Shown here: positions 19,748 through 29,869 of the stretch, in pieces
How positions within the stretch are numbered: the first letter of the stretch is position 1
Layout of the letters: each line of letters starts with the position of its first letter
Origin: an uncultured Bacilli bacterium
Lineage (GTDB): Bacteria > Bacillota_I > Bacilli_A > RF39 > UBA660
Assembly (NCBI GenBank): GCA_934167875.1
Contig: CAKPMC010000005.1
Coordinates: 882-64,881, forward strand
Length of the DNA: 64,000 bases
Reading direction: 5' to 3'
Made by a program: the position numbers and the translations under genes
Notes under the pieces: generated by a model
The model's database searches: none
The model's input: only the letters and a program-made list of their open reading frames with translations
Told to the model about the DNA's origin: nothing

Positions 19748-20176
19748 CTAATTAAAATTACCTCTTTTTAACTTACTAAGTATTTTTTGCCTTTGTAAAC
19801 AATCAGTTCTTTTGTAATCATTATGATGATGCTTAACATCATATGAGTAAGTAACTGGTAAATTGTATAAATCAGCTACTAACTTACTATAAGATATTAA
19901 TCCATGTTCAATTAAATCATAAAATATATCGGAATCTATTATACAATCACTGACTAATCCACTATTATCATTATAATTATCAATATTAAATAATTCAACC
20001 CCTGTTTTATAACTACCATCTACATAATAAATTAGCAAATTAGGTTTTAAAACTATTCTTTTAATAAGCTTTGTATCATTTTCATATCTAATATAATTCT
20101 CACTACCATACTTAATATAATAGAATAAATAATTGTGGTCATTAAATGTTTTTACTATTATAGTGTTATTTAACAT
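19748..20176 (-). CDS. Hypothetical protein
   Basis: 142 aa, Tyr/Asn-rich with a basic C-terminus. RBS AAGGAG. No recognisable family. Confidence 0.5.
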   Translation of the reverse strand: MLNNTIIVKTFNDHNYLFYYIKYGSENYIRYENDTKLIKRIVLKPNLLIYYVDGSYKTGVELFNIDNYNDNSGLVSDCIIDSDIFYDLIEHGLISYSKLVADLYNLPVTYSYDVKHHHNDYKRTDCLQRQKILSKLKRGNFN

Positions 20177-20386
20177 AATACTCCTTTCTTTATATTCACA
20201 AATAAAAAAACACGATAAACAAAAATAAATTTATCATGTACTACACCTACAACATACCACTAAAATTAGTGGGACTTATTAAAAATATAATATTTTAAGA
20301 AACAAGTCAAGTAATTTATGAAATATATTTGCCGATAAACCAAAAATTGATATAATATATAATTATAAATAGTAAGTGGTGATACA

Positions 20387-21868
20387 ATGAATAAGAAAAA
20401 AATTATGTACTGTGTTTTTATATCTTTTATTTTCTTACTAATATGTACAAAATCATCTCCATTATATGTATTAAATGATTGGTATGATGCGGAATGCTTT
20501 TTTACTGTTGGTAAATCAATGATAAAAGGAAAAGTACCATATCTTGATTTATTTGAACAAAAAGGCCCATTATTATTCTTAATATATGGAATAGCATCTT
20601 TGATATCAAATAATAGTTTTATTGGCGTATTTATTTTAGAAGTTATCTCATACTCAATATTTTTATATTATATTAGTAAAATAATAGAAATTTATTTAGA
20701 CAAAAAATATAGCTATATACTAATACCTATTCTGGCATTACTGATGTTACCAACTAGAAGTTTTACTCATGGTGGTAGTTGTGAAGAATTTTGTTTTCCA
20801 ATACTAGCAATCTTAATATATAAATACATTAAATATTTAAAAGACGATGATATTAGTAATAAGGAAACAATAATAATAGGAATATTAACAGGAATGTTAT
20901 TTTGGATGAAATATACATTAATAGGATTTAGTATCGGCTTCTGTATAACAGTATTAATAAAATTATTAGCAAGTAAAAAATTTAGAATATTAATAAATAA
21001 AGTTGGCTATTTCTTACTAGGAATTATCATTACTACTATTCCATGGCTTATATATTTTGGATTACATAAAAATGGCATTAAAAGTTTAATAGACGTCTAC
21101 TTCTTATTCAACATAAACAGTTATGCCAATAATTACACTTTAATTCAAAAAATAACTAATTGTTTTAACACTATTAAAGGAGTTATTTTTAAATATTACC
21201 AATATCTAATATTAATCATTATACCAATGATACTATCTATTAAAACAAAAACATTCTTCAAAGAAACAAAAAACAATATATATTTATTAATATCTACTAT
21301 GCTACTTTTAATAATAATATTTATAGGTGGCACTAACTTTAGATATTATTCTTTGCCAATACAACCATTTATGATTTTTGGTTTAATATTTATCAGCACC
21401 ATTATTAAAAACAAAAAAATAAATAGTATTATTCTTAACAATACTAAATATATAATACCAGGAATTATAACACTTTGCCTATTAATATCATACTATCGAT
21501 CACCAAACACAAAATATATAACTAAAAATAAATCATATTACGCTCAGTATACATTTTTAGATAGTATTAAACCTAATTCAAGTATACTAAACTATGGATT
21601 TTTAGATGGAGGATTTTATTTTACTACTAAAACATATCCAAATCAGTATTATTTTCAAAGAAATAATATTATATATGAATTATTTCCAAATAATACAAAT
21701 GAACAAATAAGATATATTAAAGAAAAACAGACTGACTATGTAATTATTAATAATGAATTATCAACAGAAGAGTTAAAAATATTAAATGATAACTATAATC
21801 TAATAGATAGTCATACTCAACAGTACGAAGAATATATAAGAACTTATTATTTATATGAAAAAAAATAA
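20387..21868 (+). CDS. GT-C fold membrane glycosyltransferase (PMT_2 / ArnT-like)
   Basis: 493 aa with more than 10 TM helices. The first-loop signature DWYDAECFF...GKVPYLDLFEQKGPLLFLIYG resembles the GT39/GT83 family. Confidence 0.7.
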   Translation: MNKKKIMYCVFISFIFLLICTKSSPLYVLNDWYDAECFFTVGKSMIKGKVPYLDLFEQKGPLLFLIYGIASLISNNSFIGVFILEVISYSIFLYYISKIIEIYLDKKYSYILIPILALLMLPTRSFTHGGSCEEFCFPILAILIYKYIKYLKDDDISNKETIIIGILTGMLFWMKYTLIGFSIGFCITVLIKLLASKKFRILINKVGYFLLGIIITTIPWLIYFGLHKNGIKSLIDVYFLFNINSYANNYTLIQKITNCFNTIKGVIFKYYQYLILIIIPMILSIKTKTFFKETKNNIYLLISTMLLLIIIFIGGTNFRYYSLPIQPFMIFGLIFISTIIKNKKINSIILNNTKYIIPGIITLCLLISYYRSPNTKYITKNKSYYAQYTFLDSIKPNSSILNYGFLDGGFYFTTKTYPNQYYFQRNNIIYELFPNNTNEQIRYIKEKQTDYVIINNELSTEELKILNDNYNLIDSHTQQYEEYIRTYYLYEKK

Positions 21869-21879
21869 CTAATCAATAG

Positions 21880-24800
21880 TTATTTTTTTAATTCAATTTT
21901 ACTAAGTAAATCAACTAAGTAATAAATATAATGCTTTTCAAGTTTTATTGTATCAAGTACTATAATTAATCTATCATGAAGCATTTTAAATCTAAACATA
22001 GGCGTAATATTAAATGCATCCATAAATAGTTTTTCACCATCTATTTTCTTACTCATATTTTCACTGAATAGTAATTCAATAGAATTTCTTGTATTGGTAA
22101 CTTTTTCTATTTCTAAGTTTTTAGCCATTTTTTCAAACCATTCTTGATACATATAAATAATAATAGTATCATCAAGTTTTCCAAATCTATCCTCTAAATC
22201 AGCTTGTACTTCCCTCAATTTATCAAACGAATCAATAGTATTAATTTCCTTATGAATAGAAATTTTTAAATCATCATCATCTGTATAAGTATTAGAAATA
22301 TGAGTAGATACGTCAAGTAAAGGTTTTTCATTTTGAATAATTTCTTCCTTAGGTGTAATCCCCTTTAATCTATCAACTTCATCTTGAAGCATTTTTAAAT
22401 ATAAGTCAATTCCAACCGTATCAATAAAACCTGCTTGTTCGCTACCTAATATATCACCAGCACCACGAATAGATAAATCACGTGTAGCAATAGAAAAACC
22501 ACTTCCTAATTCTGTAAAATCTTTAATAGCATTAAGTCTTTTAACTGCAGCATCATTAAGCATTTTACTAGCAGAATACATAAAATATGCATAAGCAATC
22601 TTATTACTACGACCAACACGACCACGAATTTGGTACAATTGACTAAGTCCAAAATGATCAGCATCTAAAATAATTAATGTATTTGCATTAGGAATATCAA
22701 TACCCGTTTCTATAATAGTAGTACATATTAAAACATCATACTCATAATTAATAAATGCTTGCATTCTATCTTCAAGTTCTTCTTTAGTAAGTCTACCATG
22801 AGCATAAACAATTCTAGCTTCAGGTACTAAACTTTGAATTTGAGCAACTTTTTTTTCAATAGTATCAATTTTATTATAAAGTAAAAATACTTGTCCTTTT
22901 CTACTTAACTCTTTATATATAGCATCTTTAATAATTTGATTATTTTCTTCAATAACGTATGTTTGTACTGGATAACGATCTACTGGTGGTGTTTCAATTA
23001 AAGATAAACTTCTAATACCAATCATTGACATTTGTAAAGTCCTAGGTATTGGTGTAGCAGTTAAAGTTAAAACATCAACATTAGTTTTATATTCCTTAAT
23101 TTTTTCCTTATGTGTTACTCCAAATCTCTGTTCCTCATCTATAACTAAAAGACCTAAGTCTTTTGGTTTAATATCATTACTTAGTAACCTGTGTGTTCCT
23201 ATCACAAAATCAATTGTACCATCCTTTAATCCTTCAATAATTCTCTTTTTTTCCTTAGGTGTAGTAAATCTATTAAGTAAACCTATATTAATAGGAAAAT
23301 TACTAAAACGAACTAAAGCATTTTGATACTGTTGATTAGAAAGAATAGTAGTTGGACATAAATATAAAACTTGTTTAGAATCCATTACAGCTTTAAATAT
23401 AGCCCTAAAAGCTACTTCAGTTTTGCCATATCCAACATCCCCACAAAGAAGTCTATCCATAGGATGTTTAGATTCCATATCTTTTTTTATTTGCTCTATC
23501 GCTAACAATTGGTCTTTAGTTTCAGTATACTCAAAACTATTATCAAAACTCTTTTGTAAATCTGTATCATGAGAAAAGGCATATCCTTCTTTCATTTCTC
23601 TTTCAGCATATAACTTCAATAATTTATCAGCAATATCATGAATCCTATTTTTAACTCTAGCTTTTATTTTATTCCAATCAGAACCACCTAATTTATTAAC
23701 CTTAGGAACAGCACCTTCATTACCAGAATATTTACTTATCAATTCAATTTTTTCTACAGGAATATAAAGCTTATCATTACCAGCATAAATAACTTCAATA
23801 TAATCCTTTACTAGATTTCCATGATTAAGTGTTTTAATACCATTATAAATACCAATTCCATTAACAGCATGAACTACATAATCACCAACATGTAATTTAT
23901 TAATATCTCTTATTTTAGAAGCATACTTAAATTTAGTTTTATATTTTTTACGAACAGATGAATAATTAAACAGTTCATGTTCAGTTAAAACAACATAATC
24001 TTGATATATAAATCCTTTATTTAAAGGTCTAATAATAATATTAACAACATTCTTTTTAATATCATTTTCATCAGTAATAATGTAATTACTACTAAGTTCT
24101 TTAACAAAATTCTTAATTTGTATTTCCTTTAAGTATATAAGAACATACTTATTTAGATATAATTGTTCACTAATAAAATTATTAATAGCTTCTATGTTTT
24201 CATGAAAAGGTGATATTTCTTTAGCATCAAAATAATAAATATTAATATCTTTATCATTTAATATATTATCAATAGTCAAATAATGATTCAATAATTTAGG
24301 ATGTAATTCATTGAGATCAAACATATAATCACCAGTGAAATCAATATCCTTTTCTTCTCTATATTCAACAGTTTCCTTAATAATATTTTGATAACTAACA
24401 TTAAGTTGCGGATAATCTTTATAAAACACAATTACTTCTTTAAGGTAGTCTAATATCGAAGAAACACTAGTATACTGCTTTAAATATTTTTGCTTATTAA
24501 TTACATTATCTACAACTTTATCAAGAATAAATTCACTATATGGATAAATAGTAACATTATTGATATCAGAAATTGATTTTTGTGTATCTTCATCAAAAAT
24601 ACGAATTGAATCAATAGTATCACCAAAGAACTCAAAACGTACAGGATGATCAGATTCTAATGGAAACACATCAATAATAAAACCACGAACTGCATACTCA
24701 CCAGTTTTAGTAACGATAGATTCTCTTTTATATCCAATATTATTTAAATGATAAGAAAATTTGTTAAAGTCATAATCTTGTCCAACTTTAATATTAAAAA

Positions 24801-25173
24801 TACTACTTTTATAGGTATCCAAAGTTGGCAGAAAACGCAAATAACCCATTAAATTAGTAATTATAATTTGTTTTTCGCCATTTAATAAAGTATTTAATGT
24901 TTCCAAACGATTAACCATTAAATCTGGACTAACAGCAATAGCTTCACTAGTTAAAAAATCATCCATAGGAAACAATAAAACATTATCTTGATAATTAAGT
25001 AAACTATCATGTAATTGATTAGCCTCAAATAAACTAGCCGTAACTATCAAAATATTTTTATCATTTTCACAATAAATAGTACTAATATAACGACAAAAAA
25101 GCTCATCTGTAAGACCAGCTAAGCCAACATTATTAATATTTTTAATTGGAATATTGCCATCAAAAATATTCAT
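21880..25173 (-). CDS. mfd: Transcription-repair coupling factor
   Basis: CarD/RID segment GDYVVHAVNGIG, Walker A GDVGYGKTEVA, VIDEEQRFG and helicase motifs. Confidence 0.95.
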   Translation of the reverse strand: MNIFDGNIPIKNINNVGLAGLTDELFCRYISTIYCENDKNILIVTASLFEANQLHDSLLNYQDNVLLFPMDDFLTSEAIAVSPDLMVNRLETLNTLLNGEKQIIITNLMGYLRFLPTLDTYKSSIFNIKVGQDYDFNKFSYHLNNIGYKRESIVTKTGEYAVRGFIIDVFPLESDHPVRFEFFGDTIDSIRIFDEDTQKSISDINNVTIYPYSEFILDKVVDNVINKQKYLKQYTSVSSILDYLKEVIVFYKDYPQLNVSYQNIIKETVEYREEKDIDFTGDYMFDLNELHPKLLNHYLTIDNILNDKDINIYYFDAKEISPFHENIEAINNFISEQLYLNKYVLIYLKEIQIKNFVKELSSNYIITDENDIKKNVVNIIIRPLNKGFIYQDYVVLTEHELFNYSSVRKKYKTKFKYASKIRDINKLHVGDYVVHAVNGIGIYNGIKTLNHGNLVKDYIEVIYAGNDKLYIPVEKIELISKYSGNEGAVPKVNKLGGSDWNKIKARVKNRIHDIADKLLKLYAEREMKEGYAFSHDTDLQKSFDNSFEYTETKDQLLAIEQIKKDMESKHPMDRLLCGDVGYGKTEVAFRAIFKAVMDSKQVLYLCPTTILSNQQYQNALVRFSNFPINIGLLNRFTTPKEKKRIIEGLKDGTIDFVIGTHRLLSNDIKPKDLGLLVIDEEQRFGVTHKEKIKEYKTNVDVLTLTATPIPRTLQMSMIGIRSLSLIETPPVDRYPVQTYVIEENNQIIKDAIYKELSRKGQVFLLYNKIDTIEKKVAQIQSLVPEARIVYAHGRLTKEELEDRMQAFINYEYDVLICTTIIETGIDIPNANTLIILDADHFGLSQLYQIRGRVGRSNKIAYAYFMYSASKMLNDAAVKRLNAIKDFTELGSGFSIATRDLSIRGAGDILGSEQAGFIDTVGIDLYLKMLQDEVDRLKGITPKEEIIQNEKPLLDVSTHISNTYTDDDDLKISIHKEINTIDSFDKLREVQADLEDRFGKLDDTIIIYMYQEWFEKMAKNLEIEKVTNTRNSIELLFSENMSKKIDGEKLFMDAFNITPMFRFKMLHDRLIIVLDTIKLEKHYIYYLVDLLSKIELKK

Positions 25174-25186
25174 TTTATCACCTATT

Positions 25187-25747
25187 CTATTTATGATTAT
25201 ACTTTGACATTAAAGTATCAAAAGGTAAATTAAAATAATCATCAAGTATATCAATAACTATATCAATTACCTCATCTAACTTTTGTTTTTCTGATGTAGA
25301 TAACTTACCTAAAACATAATCTTTTGTATCTATACTCTTATTATTAGATATACCAATTTTTATTCTTTTATACACTTGAGTACCCAAATGTAATTCAATG
25401 TTCTTAAGTCCATTATGACCTCCGCTAGAACCTTGTTTTTTTATCTTAAAATTTCCCACAGGTAAATCAAGATCATCATTAATAATTAAAATATTATCTA
25501 ATGGAATTTTATAGAAATCCACAAATTTGTGAATAACTTCACCACTTAAATTAATATAAGATTGGGGTTTCAACAATATGACCTTTTCACCATTAATTAC
25601 TGTATCAACATATAAACCATTAAACTTTAATTTGTTAATACTAACTCCTAATTTACTAGCATACTTATCAATAGTTTGAAAGCCAATATTATGACGAGTA
25701 TTTTCATATTCTTTACCAGGATTACCCAATCCAACTATTAATTTCAT
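25187..25747 (-). CDS. pth: Peptidyl-tRNA hydrolase
   Basis: MKLIVGLGNPGKEYENTRHNIGF. ATG at 25747 lies 5 nt after AGAGGTGA. Confidence 0.95.
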   Translation of the reverse strand: MKLIVGLGNPGKEYENTRHNIGFQTIDKYASKLGVSINKLKFNGLYVDTVINGEKVILLKPQSYINLSGEVIHKFVDFYKIPLDNILIINDDLDLPVGNFKIKKQGSSGGHNGLKNIELHLGTQVYKRIKIGISNNKSIDTKDYVLGKLSTSEKQKLDEVIDIVIDILDDYFNLPFDTLMSKYNHK

Positions 25748-25785
25748 AATTATCACCTCTTATTATCAACTAAAATATCAAAAAT

Positions 25786-25801
25786 TATTTCCCGGGAAAT
25801 A
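25786..25801. promoter_or_regulatory. Noc-binding site (NBS) palindrome
   Basis: TATTTCCCGGGAAATA matches the B. subtilis NBS consensus at 16 of 16 positions. It is embedded in the 26-bp palindrome AAAATTATTTCCCGGGAAATAATTTT between rsmI and pth. Confidence 0.8.
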
Positions 25802-25804
25802 ATT

Positions 25805-26644
25805 TTAATTATCTATATGATATTCTTTATATACAACAGACTTTGGAATTCCTCTTTCTACAGCTACTTTTTTGATAGCCTCTTTATCACTCATACCATC
25901 CTCTAAATATAAGTTAATATGTTCAAGAATAGTAAGTGATGAATAATCTTCTGTATCTAAATTACCTTCTACAACTATTACCATTTCACCCTTTAATGTA
26001 TCTGAAATAGTTAACACTTCTTCAATAGTACCACGAATTGCTTCTTCGTATTTTTTACTTATTTCTCTACATAAAGCTATCTGGCGATTACCAAATACTG
26101 TTAGTAATGATTTTAACATATCAGTAATCCTATGTGGAGCTTCATACAAAATGATAGTATATGGTAATTTTTTTAAAGATTCAAGTTCTTTTATACGTTT
26201 TGATTCTTTACTATTTAAAAAACCATAAAATAAAAATGGAGCTGGATTAATTCCTGACATAGTTAAAGCTGGTACAAAAGCTGTAGGCCCAGGCAAACTT
26301 ATTACATTAAAACCATTTTTTGTCACATATTCTACTATTTTATATCCAGGATCACTTATAATAGGAGTACCCCTATCGGTTACTAATCCTATATTTAAAC
26401 CATCCTGCAACTTAGACAAAACCATTTCTTTTAACGAATCTTCATTATGATCATCAGAATGTACTAACTTTTTCTTAATATCTAATTTATTAAGTAATTC
26501 TGCAGTAATACGAGTATCTTCACATAATAAAAAATCAACTTTCTTTAAAGTATTAATAGCTCTTAGTGTTATATCTTCCATATTACCAACCGGTGTAGGA
26601 ATTAAATATAGACTAGGACTATCATCATAGCTTTTTTGACGCAT
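25805..26644 (-). CDS. rsmI: 16S rRNA (cytidine1402-2'-O)-methyltransferase
   Basis: Motifs LYLIPTPVGN and LCEDTR. Start refined to MRQKSYDD (ATG at 26644, 9 nt after AAGGAG). Confidence 0.9.
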   Translation of the reverse strand: MRQKSYDDSPSLYLIPTPVGNMEDITLRAINTLKKVDFLLCEDTRITAELLNKLDIKKKLVHSDDHNEDSLKEMVLSKLQDGLNIGLVTDRGTPIISDPGYKIVEYVTKNGFNVISLPGPTAFVPALTMSGINPAPFLFYGFLNSKESKRIKELESLKKLPYTIILYEAPHRITDMLKSLLTVFGNRQIALCREISKKYEEAIRGTIEEVLTISDTLKGEMVIVVEGNLDTEDYSSLTILEHINLYLEDGMSDKEAIKKVAVERGIPKSVVYKEYHIDN

Positions 26645-26660
26645 AAAAAACATCTCCTTA

Positions 26661-27377
26661 TTATTCAAACATAGTCATAACTTCATCAGTATAACCATTA
26701 GTATTGTGAACATAAAGCGGTGGCAATAATTTCAATCCAACTTTACCATTCTTTCTACCCTCAATTAAAACCATATTTGATTCAGAACCCTCTTTAGGAT
26801 ATACAAATCTTATTTTTTTTATCTCTAAACCATATTTTTGAAAAGTATTAATTATTTCTATTAGCCTATCAGTACGATGTACCATAGCAATACAACCATT
26901 ATTTTTTAATAAATATCTAGCTAATAATAATATATCATCCAAAGTAATCATTTTTTCATGTCTAGCTATTACTTTATGCTCATCTTCATTTATATTACTA
27001 TTAGAAGAGTATTTAAAATAAGGTGGATTACATGTAATAATATCAATACTATCGCTGTTATAAATTTTTTTTAATTCTTTCATATCAATATTAATCAACT
27101 CAATCTGATTATCGAGTTTATTATATACAACACTTTTTTTAGCTAAATTATAACTGTCTTTTTGGATTTCAACACCAATAATATGTGCATTTGTTTTTGT
27201 AGAAAGAATTAAAGGTATAGGTGCATTACCACAACCTAAATCAATTATATTTTTAACATTTTTATTAATAGTAACAAAATTAGCCAACAATACCGAGTCC
27301 AATGAAAATAAAAACCAATCTGTATTTTGATATATTTTTAAATTTTTATAACCAACTAAATCATGTAATACTTCCAT
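26661..27377 (-). CDS. SAM-dependent tRNA (adenine-N6) methyltransferase, YabB/TrmN6-like
   Basis: Motifs DLGCGNAPI and NPPY (CNPPYF). Position matches B. subtilis yabB. Confidence 0.75.
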   Translation of the reverse strand: MEVLHDLVGYKNLKIYQNTDWFLFSLDSVLLANFVTINKNVKNIIDLGCGNAPIPLILSTKTNAHIIGVEIQKDSYNLAKKSVVYNKLDNQIELINIDMKELKKIYNSDSIDIITCNPPYFKYSSNSNINEDEHKVIARHEKMITLDDILLLARYLLKNNGCIAMVHRTDRLIEIINTFQKYGLEIKKIRFVYPKEGSESNMVLIEGRKNGKVGLKLLPPLYVHNTNGYTDEVMTMFE

Positions 27378-28159
27378 TATTTAATTTCAACCTCAACTAA
27401 TGCCTTATTTTTAGTTTCAATAGTAGCTGTTCTCTTCAATAAATTTAAGGAAATAACCTTTCCTTCTACTTCATCATTTTTGAAATTTTGGCCAACATTA
27501 GGCATACCCTTTTTCATTTCTGTATAAACATCATCTTCATAGTTTAAACAACACAAAAGTCTTCCACATAAACCATTTATTTTAGTTGGATTTAATGCTA
27601 ACATTTGATTTTTAGCCATATTAATAGAAACACTATTAAAATCTGTCAAAAAGGTACTGCAACATAAAAAACGTCCACATGGACCTATACCACCTATTTC
27701 CTTAGCTTTATCTCTTACTCCAATTTGTCTTAATTCAATACGAGTTTTATAAATTTGAGCAAGTTTCTTAGCCAATTCTCTAAAATCAATTCTTGAATCA
27801 GCTAAAAAATTAAATAAAAGTTGTTTTCTATCAAAAGTATAACTGGCATCAATAATTCTCATATTTAATTTAAGTTCTTCTACTAATTCTCTTGATTTAA
27901 GTAATGCTTGAGTAGCATCTTTTTTGTTTTTTTCATATTGCTTAATATCATTTTTAGTAGCAATACGAATAACATCTTTTAATGGAAATCCTATATCACT
28001 ATCTTCTACATCATATGGAGGTATGACAACTTGTCCATATTGTAAACCTCTTTCTGTTTCAACAATAACGTAATTATCTTTACTCAATTCAATGTTATTA
28101 CAAGAAAAGAAATAATTTTTACCCTTATCATTGAAAATAACTCCAACTATTTTTAGCAT
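27377..28159 (-). CDS. ricT: PSP1-domain protein RicT/YaaT
   Basis: PSP1 domain with Cys clusters CGRFLCC and CGRLLCCL. Start refined to MLKIVGVIF (ATG at 28159). Confidence 0.85.
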   Translation of the reverse strand: MLKIVGVIFNDKGKNYFFSCNNIELSKDNYVIVETERGLQYGQVVIPPYDVEDSDIGFPLKDVIRIATKNDIKQYEKNKKDATQALLKSRELVEELKLNMRIIDASYTFDRKQLLFNFLADSRIDFRELAKKLAQIYKTRIELRQIGVRDKAKEIGGIGPCGRFLCCSTFLTDFNSVSINMAKNQMLALNPTKINGLCGRLLCCLNYEDDVYTEMKKGMPNVGQNFKNDEVEGKVISLNLLKRTATIETKNKALVEVEIK

Positions 28160-28160
28160 T

Positions 28161-29030
28161 TTATTCACCACCATTAAACTTAATAATAAATTGATCAAGC
28201 ATCATAGTCATATTTAAATTATAATTTAAATTGTTAACCATTTCAAATAAAACACTAATCTTATTAATTAAACTTGACATCGAATTATTATTAATAATTA
28301 TTTCTAAAATATCAGTAGAATCAGAAATTTTTAAGCCATTAATTTTCCTTATAGCATTTTCATAAATATCAATCATATTTAGAAAAATTTCTTTCCAAAA
28401 ATCTTTATTATAATAATTATTATTTAAAACAATTGGTAGATAAGAAATGGCATGTCTTTTTCTACTTTCTAAAGTCTTAATTATTTCTACTAATAAATCC
28501 AAGTTACCAATTTCTCTATTTTTTTCATGATTAATAAATGAATATATCTGACATCTACTTCTAATAGTTTCTAAAACTTTATATCTATTATCAACTTCCA
28601 AAACAGCAATAATTTTACCTTCAGGTTCCTCTAAAAATTTTAATAGCGAATTAGCAGCTTGCTTATTTAATTTATCAGCTTGTTTAATCCAATAAATTCT
28701 AGGTCTATTTTCAAATGAAGTAGTTTTAAATTCTTCTTTTATTTCAAGAATTTGATCTTTTTTTATCCATGCACCATCAGGTTCAATAATTTTAAAATCA
28801 GAAAAGCTATTATTATCTATTAAATGACAGATATTACATTCTAAACAATTTTCCTTTTTTAATTTATGATTACTACAAAATAATGTTTTTATAAAAGAAA
28901 GAATTAAATCATCTTTTAAAGAATAGTTATTTGTCTCTAACATATAAGCATGACTTATTTTATTATTTGCAATACTATTTTTTATTTCTTCATAAAATAA
29001 AGGCTGCTTGTCCTTATAAACTTCTAACAT
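28161..29030 (-). CDS. holB: DNA polymerase III subunit delta'
   Basis: Motifs SHAYML, LLKFLEEPEG and SRCQ. ATG at 29030 lies 5 nt after GAGGTGA. Confidence 0.8.
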   Translation of the reverse strand: MLEVYKDKQPLFYEEIKNSIANNKISHAYMLETNNYSLKDDLILSFIKTLFCSNHKLKKENCLECNICHLIDNNSFSDFKIIEPDGAWIKKDQILEIKEEFKTTSFENRPRIYWIKQADKLNKQAANSLLKFLEEPEGKIIAVLEVDNRYKVLETIRSRCQIYSFINHEKNREIGNLDLLVEIIKTLESRKRHAISYLPIVLNNNYYNKDFWKEIFLNMIDIYENAIRKINGLKISDSTDILEIIINNNSMSSLINKISVLFEMVNNLNYNLNMTMMLDQFIIKFNGGE

Positions 29031-29040
29031 ATAAATCACC

Positions 29041-29226
29041 TCAAAATGCTATTACTAATAACAAAACTAAAGATAATAAAGCCGGAAAACCTAAAAGCGT
29101 TATTAAAAAAACTGTTATAAAATTAATAGGTATTACTAAACTAAAATTACTTCCAATTGTATTAAAACCATACAAAATAACAAAACTAAAAAATATTTTT
29201 TTAATTAAACTCCATATTTTCTTCAT
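29041..29226 (-). CDS. bofA: Pro-sigmaK processing inhibitor BofA-like membrane protein
   Basis: 61 aa with two TM helices and the GFNTIGSNFSLVIPINFITVFLITLLGFPALL pattern. Lies downstream of recR as in Bacillus. Confidence 0.6.
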   Translation of the reverse strand: MKKIWSLIKKIFFSFVILYGFNTIGSNFSLVIPINFITVFLITLLGFPALLSLVLLLVIAF

Positions 29227-29263
29227 AGTATCACCTAATTAAAAATATGAACTTATAAAATTT

Positions 29264-29860
29264 TTATTCTACATTTTTACGATCCATTAAAGCACGTTCT
29301 AATGTCATAGCATCTATATATTCCATATCTGCCCCCATTGGAATACCACTGGCAATCTTAGTAATAGAAAGATTCATATCGCCAAGAATTCTTTTAATGT
29401 ATAATGATGTTGTTTCACCTTCAATACTTGGTTTAAAAGCTAAAATAATTTCTTTAAAGGACTCTTTCTTTACACGTTCTATCAATTTTTCTAATTCAAT
29501 ATCATCAGGGTTTATTCCATCCAAAGGTGAAATTAATCCTTTAAGTACATGATATTTTCCTTTATATAAGCCAAGTTTTTCAAAAAGAAAAACAGATTTA
29601 GGATCTTCAACAACACAAAGAATAGTATTATCACGCATATCATCACTACATATTGAACATTTATCGCTATCAGTTAAACCATTGCAAACAGGACAACGAC
29701 GAATATTTTCTTTAACCATCATTAAACTATTAGAAAACTGGGAAACCCTTTCTTCATCCATTTCCATAATAGCAAAAGCAAGTCGTTCTGCTGTCTTTTC
29801 ACCTATACCAGGTAAATATTTAAAAGAATCTATCAATTGTTCTAAACTACTAGGATACAT
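29264..29860 (-). CDS. recR: Recombination protein RecR
   Basis: HhH segment LPGIGEKTAERLAF, C4 zinc finger CPVCNGLTDSDKCSIC and a Toprim region. Confidence 0.95.
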   Translation of the reverse strand: MYPSSLEQLIDSFKYLPGIGEKTAERLAFAIMEMDEERVSQFSNSLMMVKENIRRCPVCNGLTDSDKCSICSDDMRDNTILCVVEDPKSVFLFEKLGLYKGKYHVLKGLISPLDGINPDDIELEKLIERVKKESFKEIILAFKPSIEGETTSLYIKRILGDMNLSITKIASGIPMGADMEYIDAMTLERALMDRKNVE

Positions 29861-29869
29861 AATCTACAC

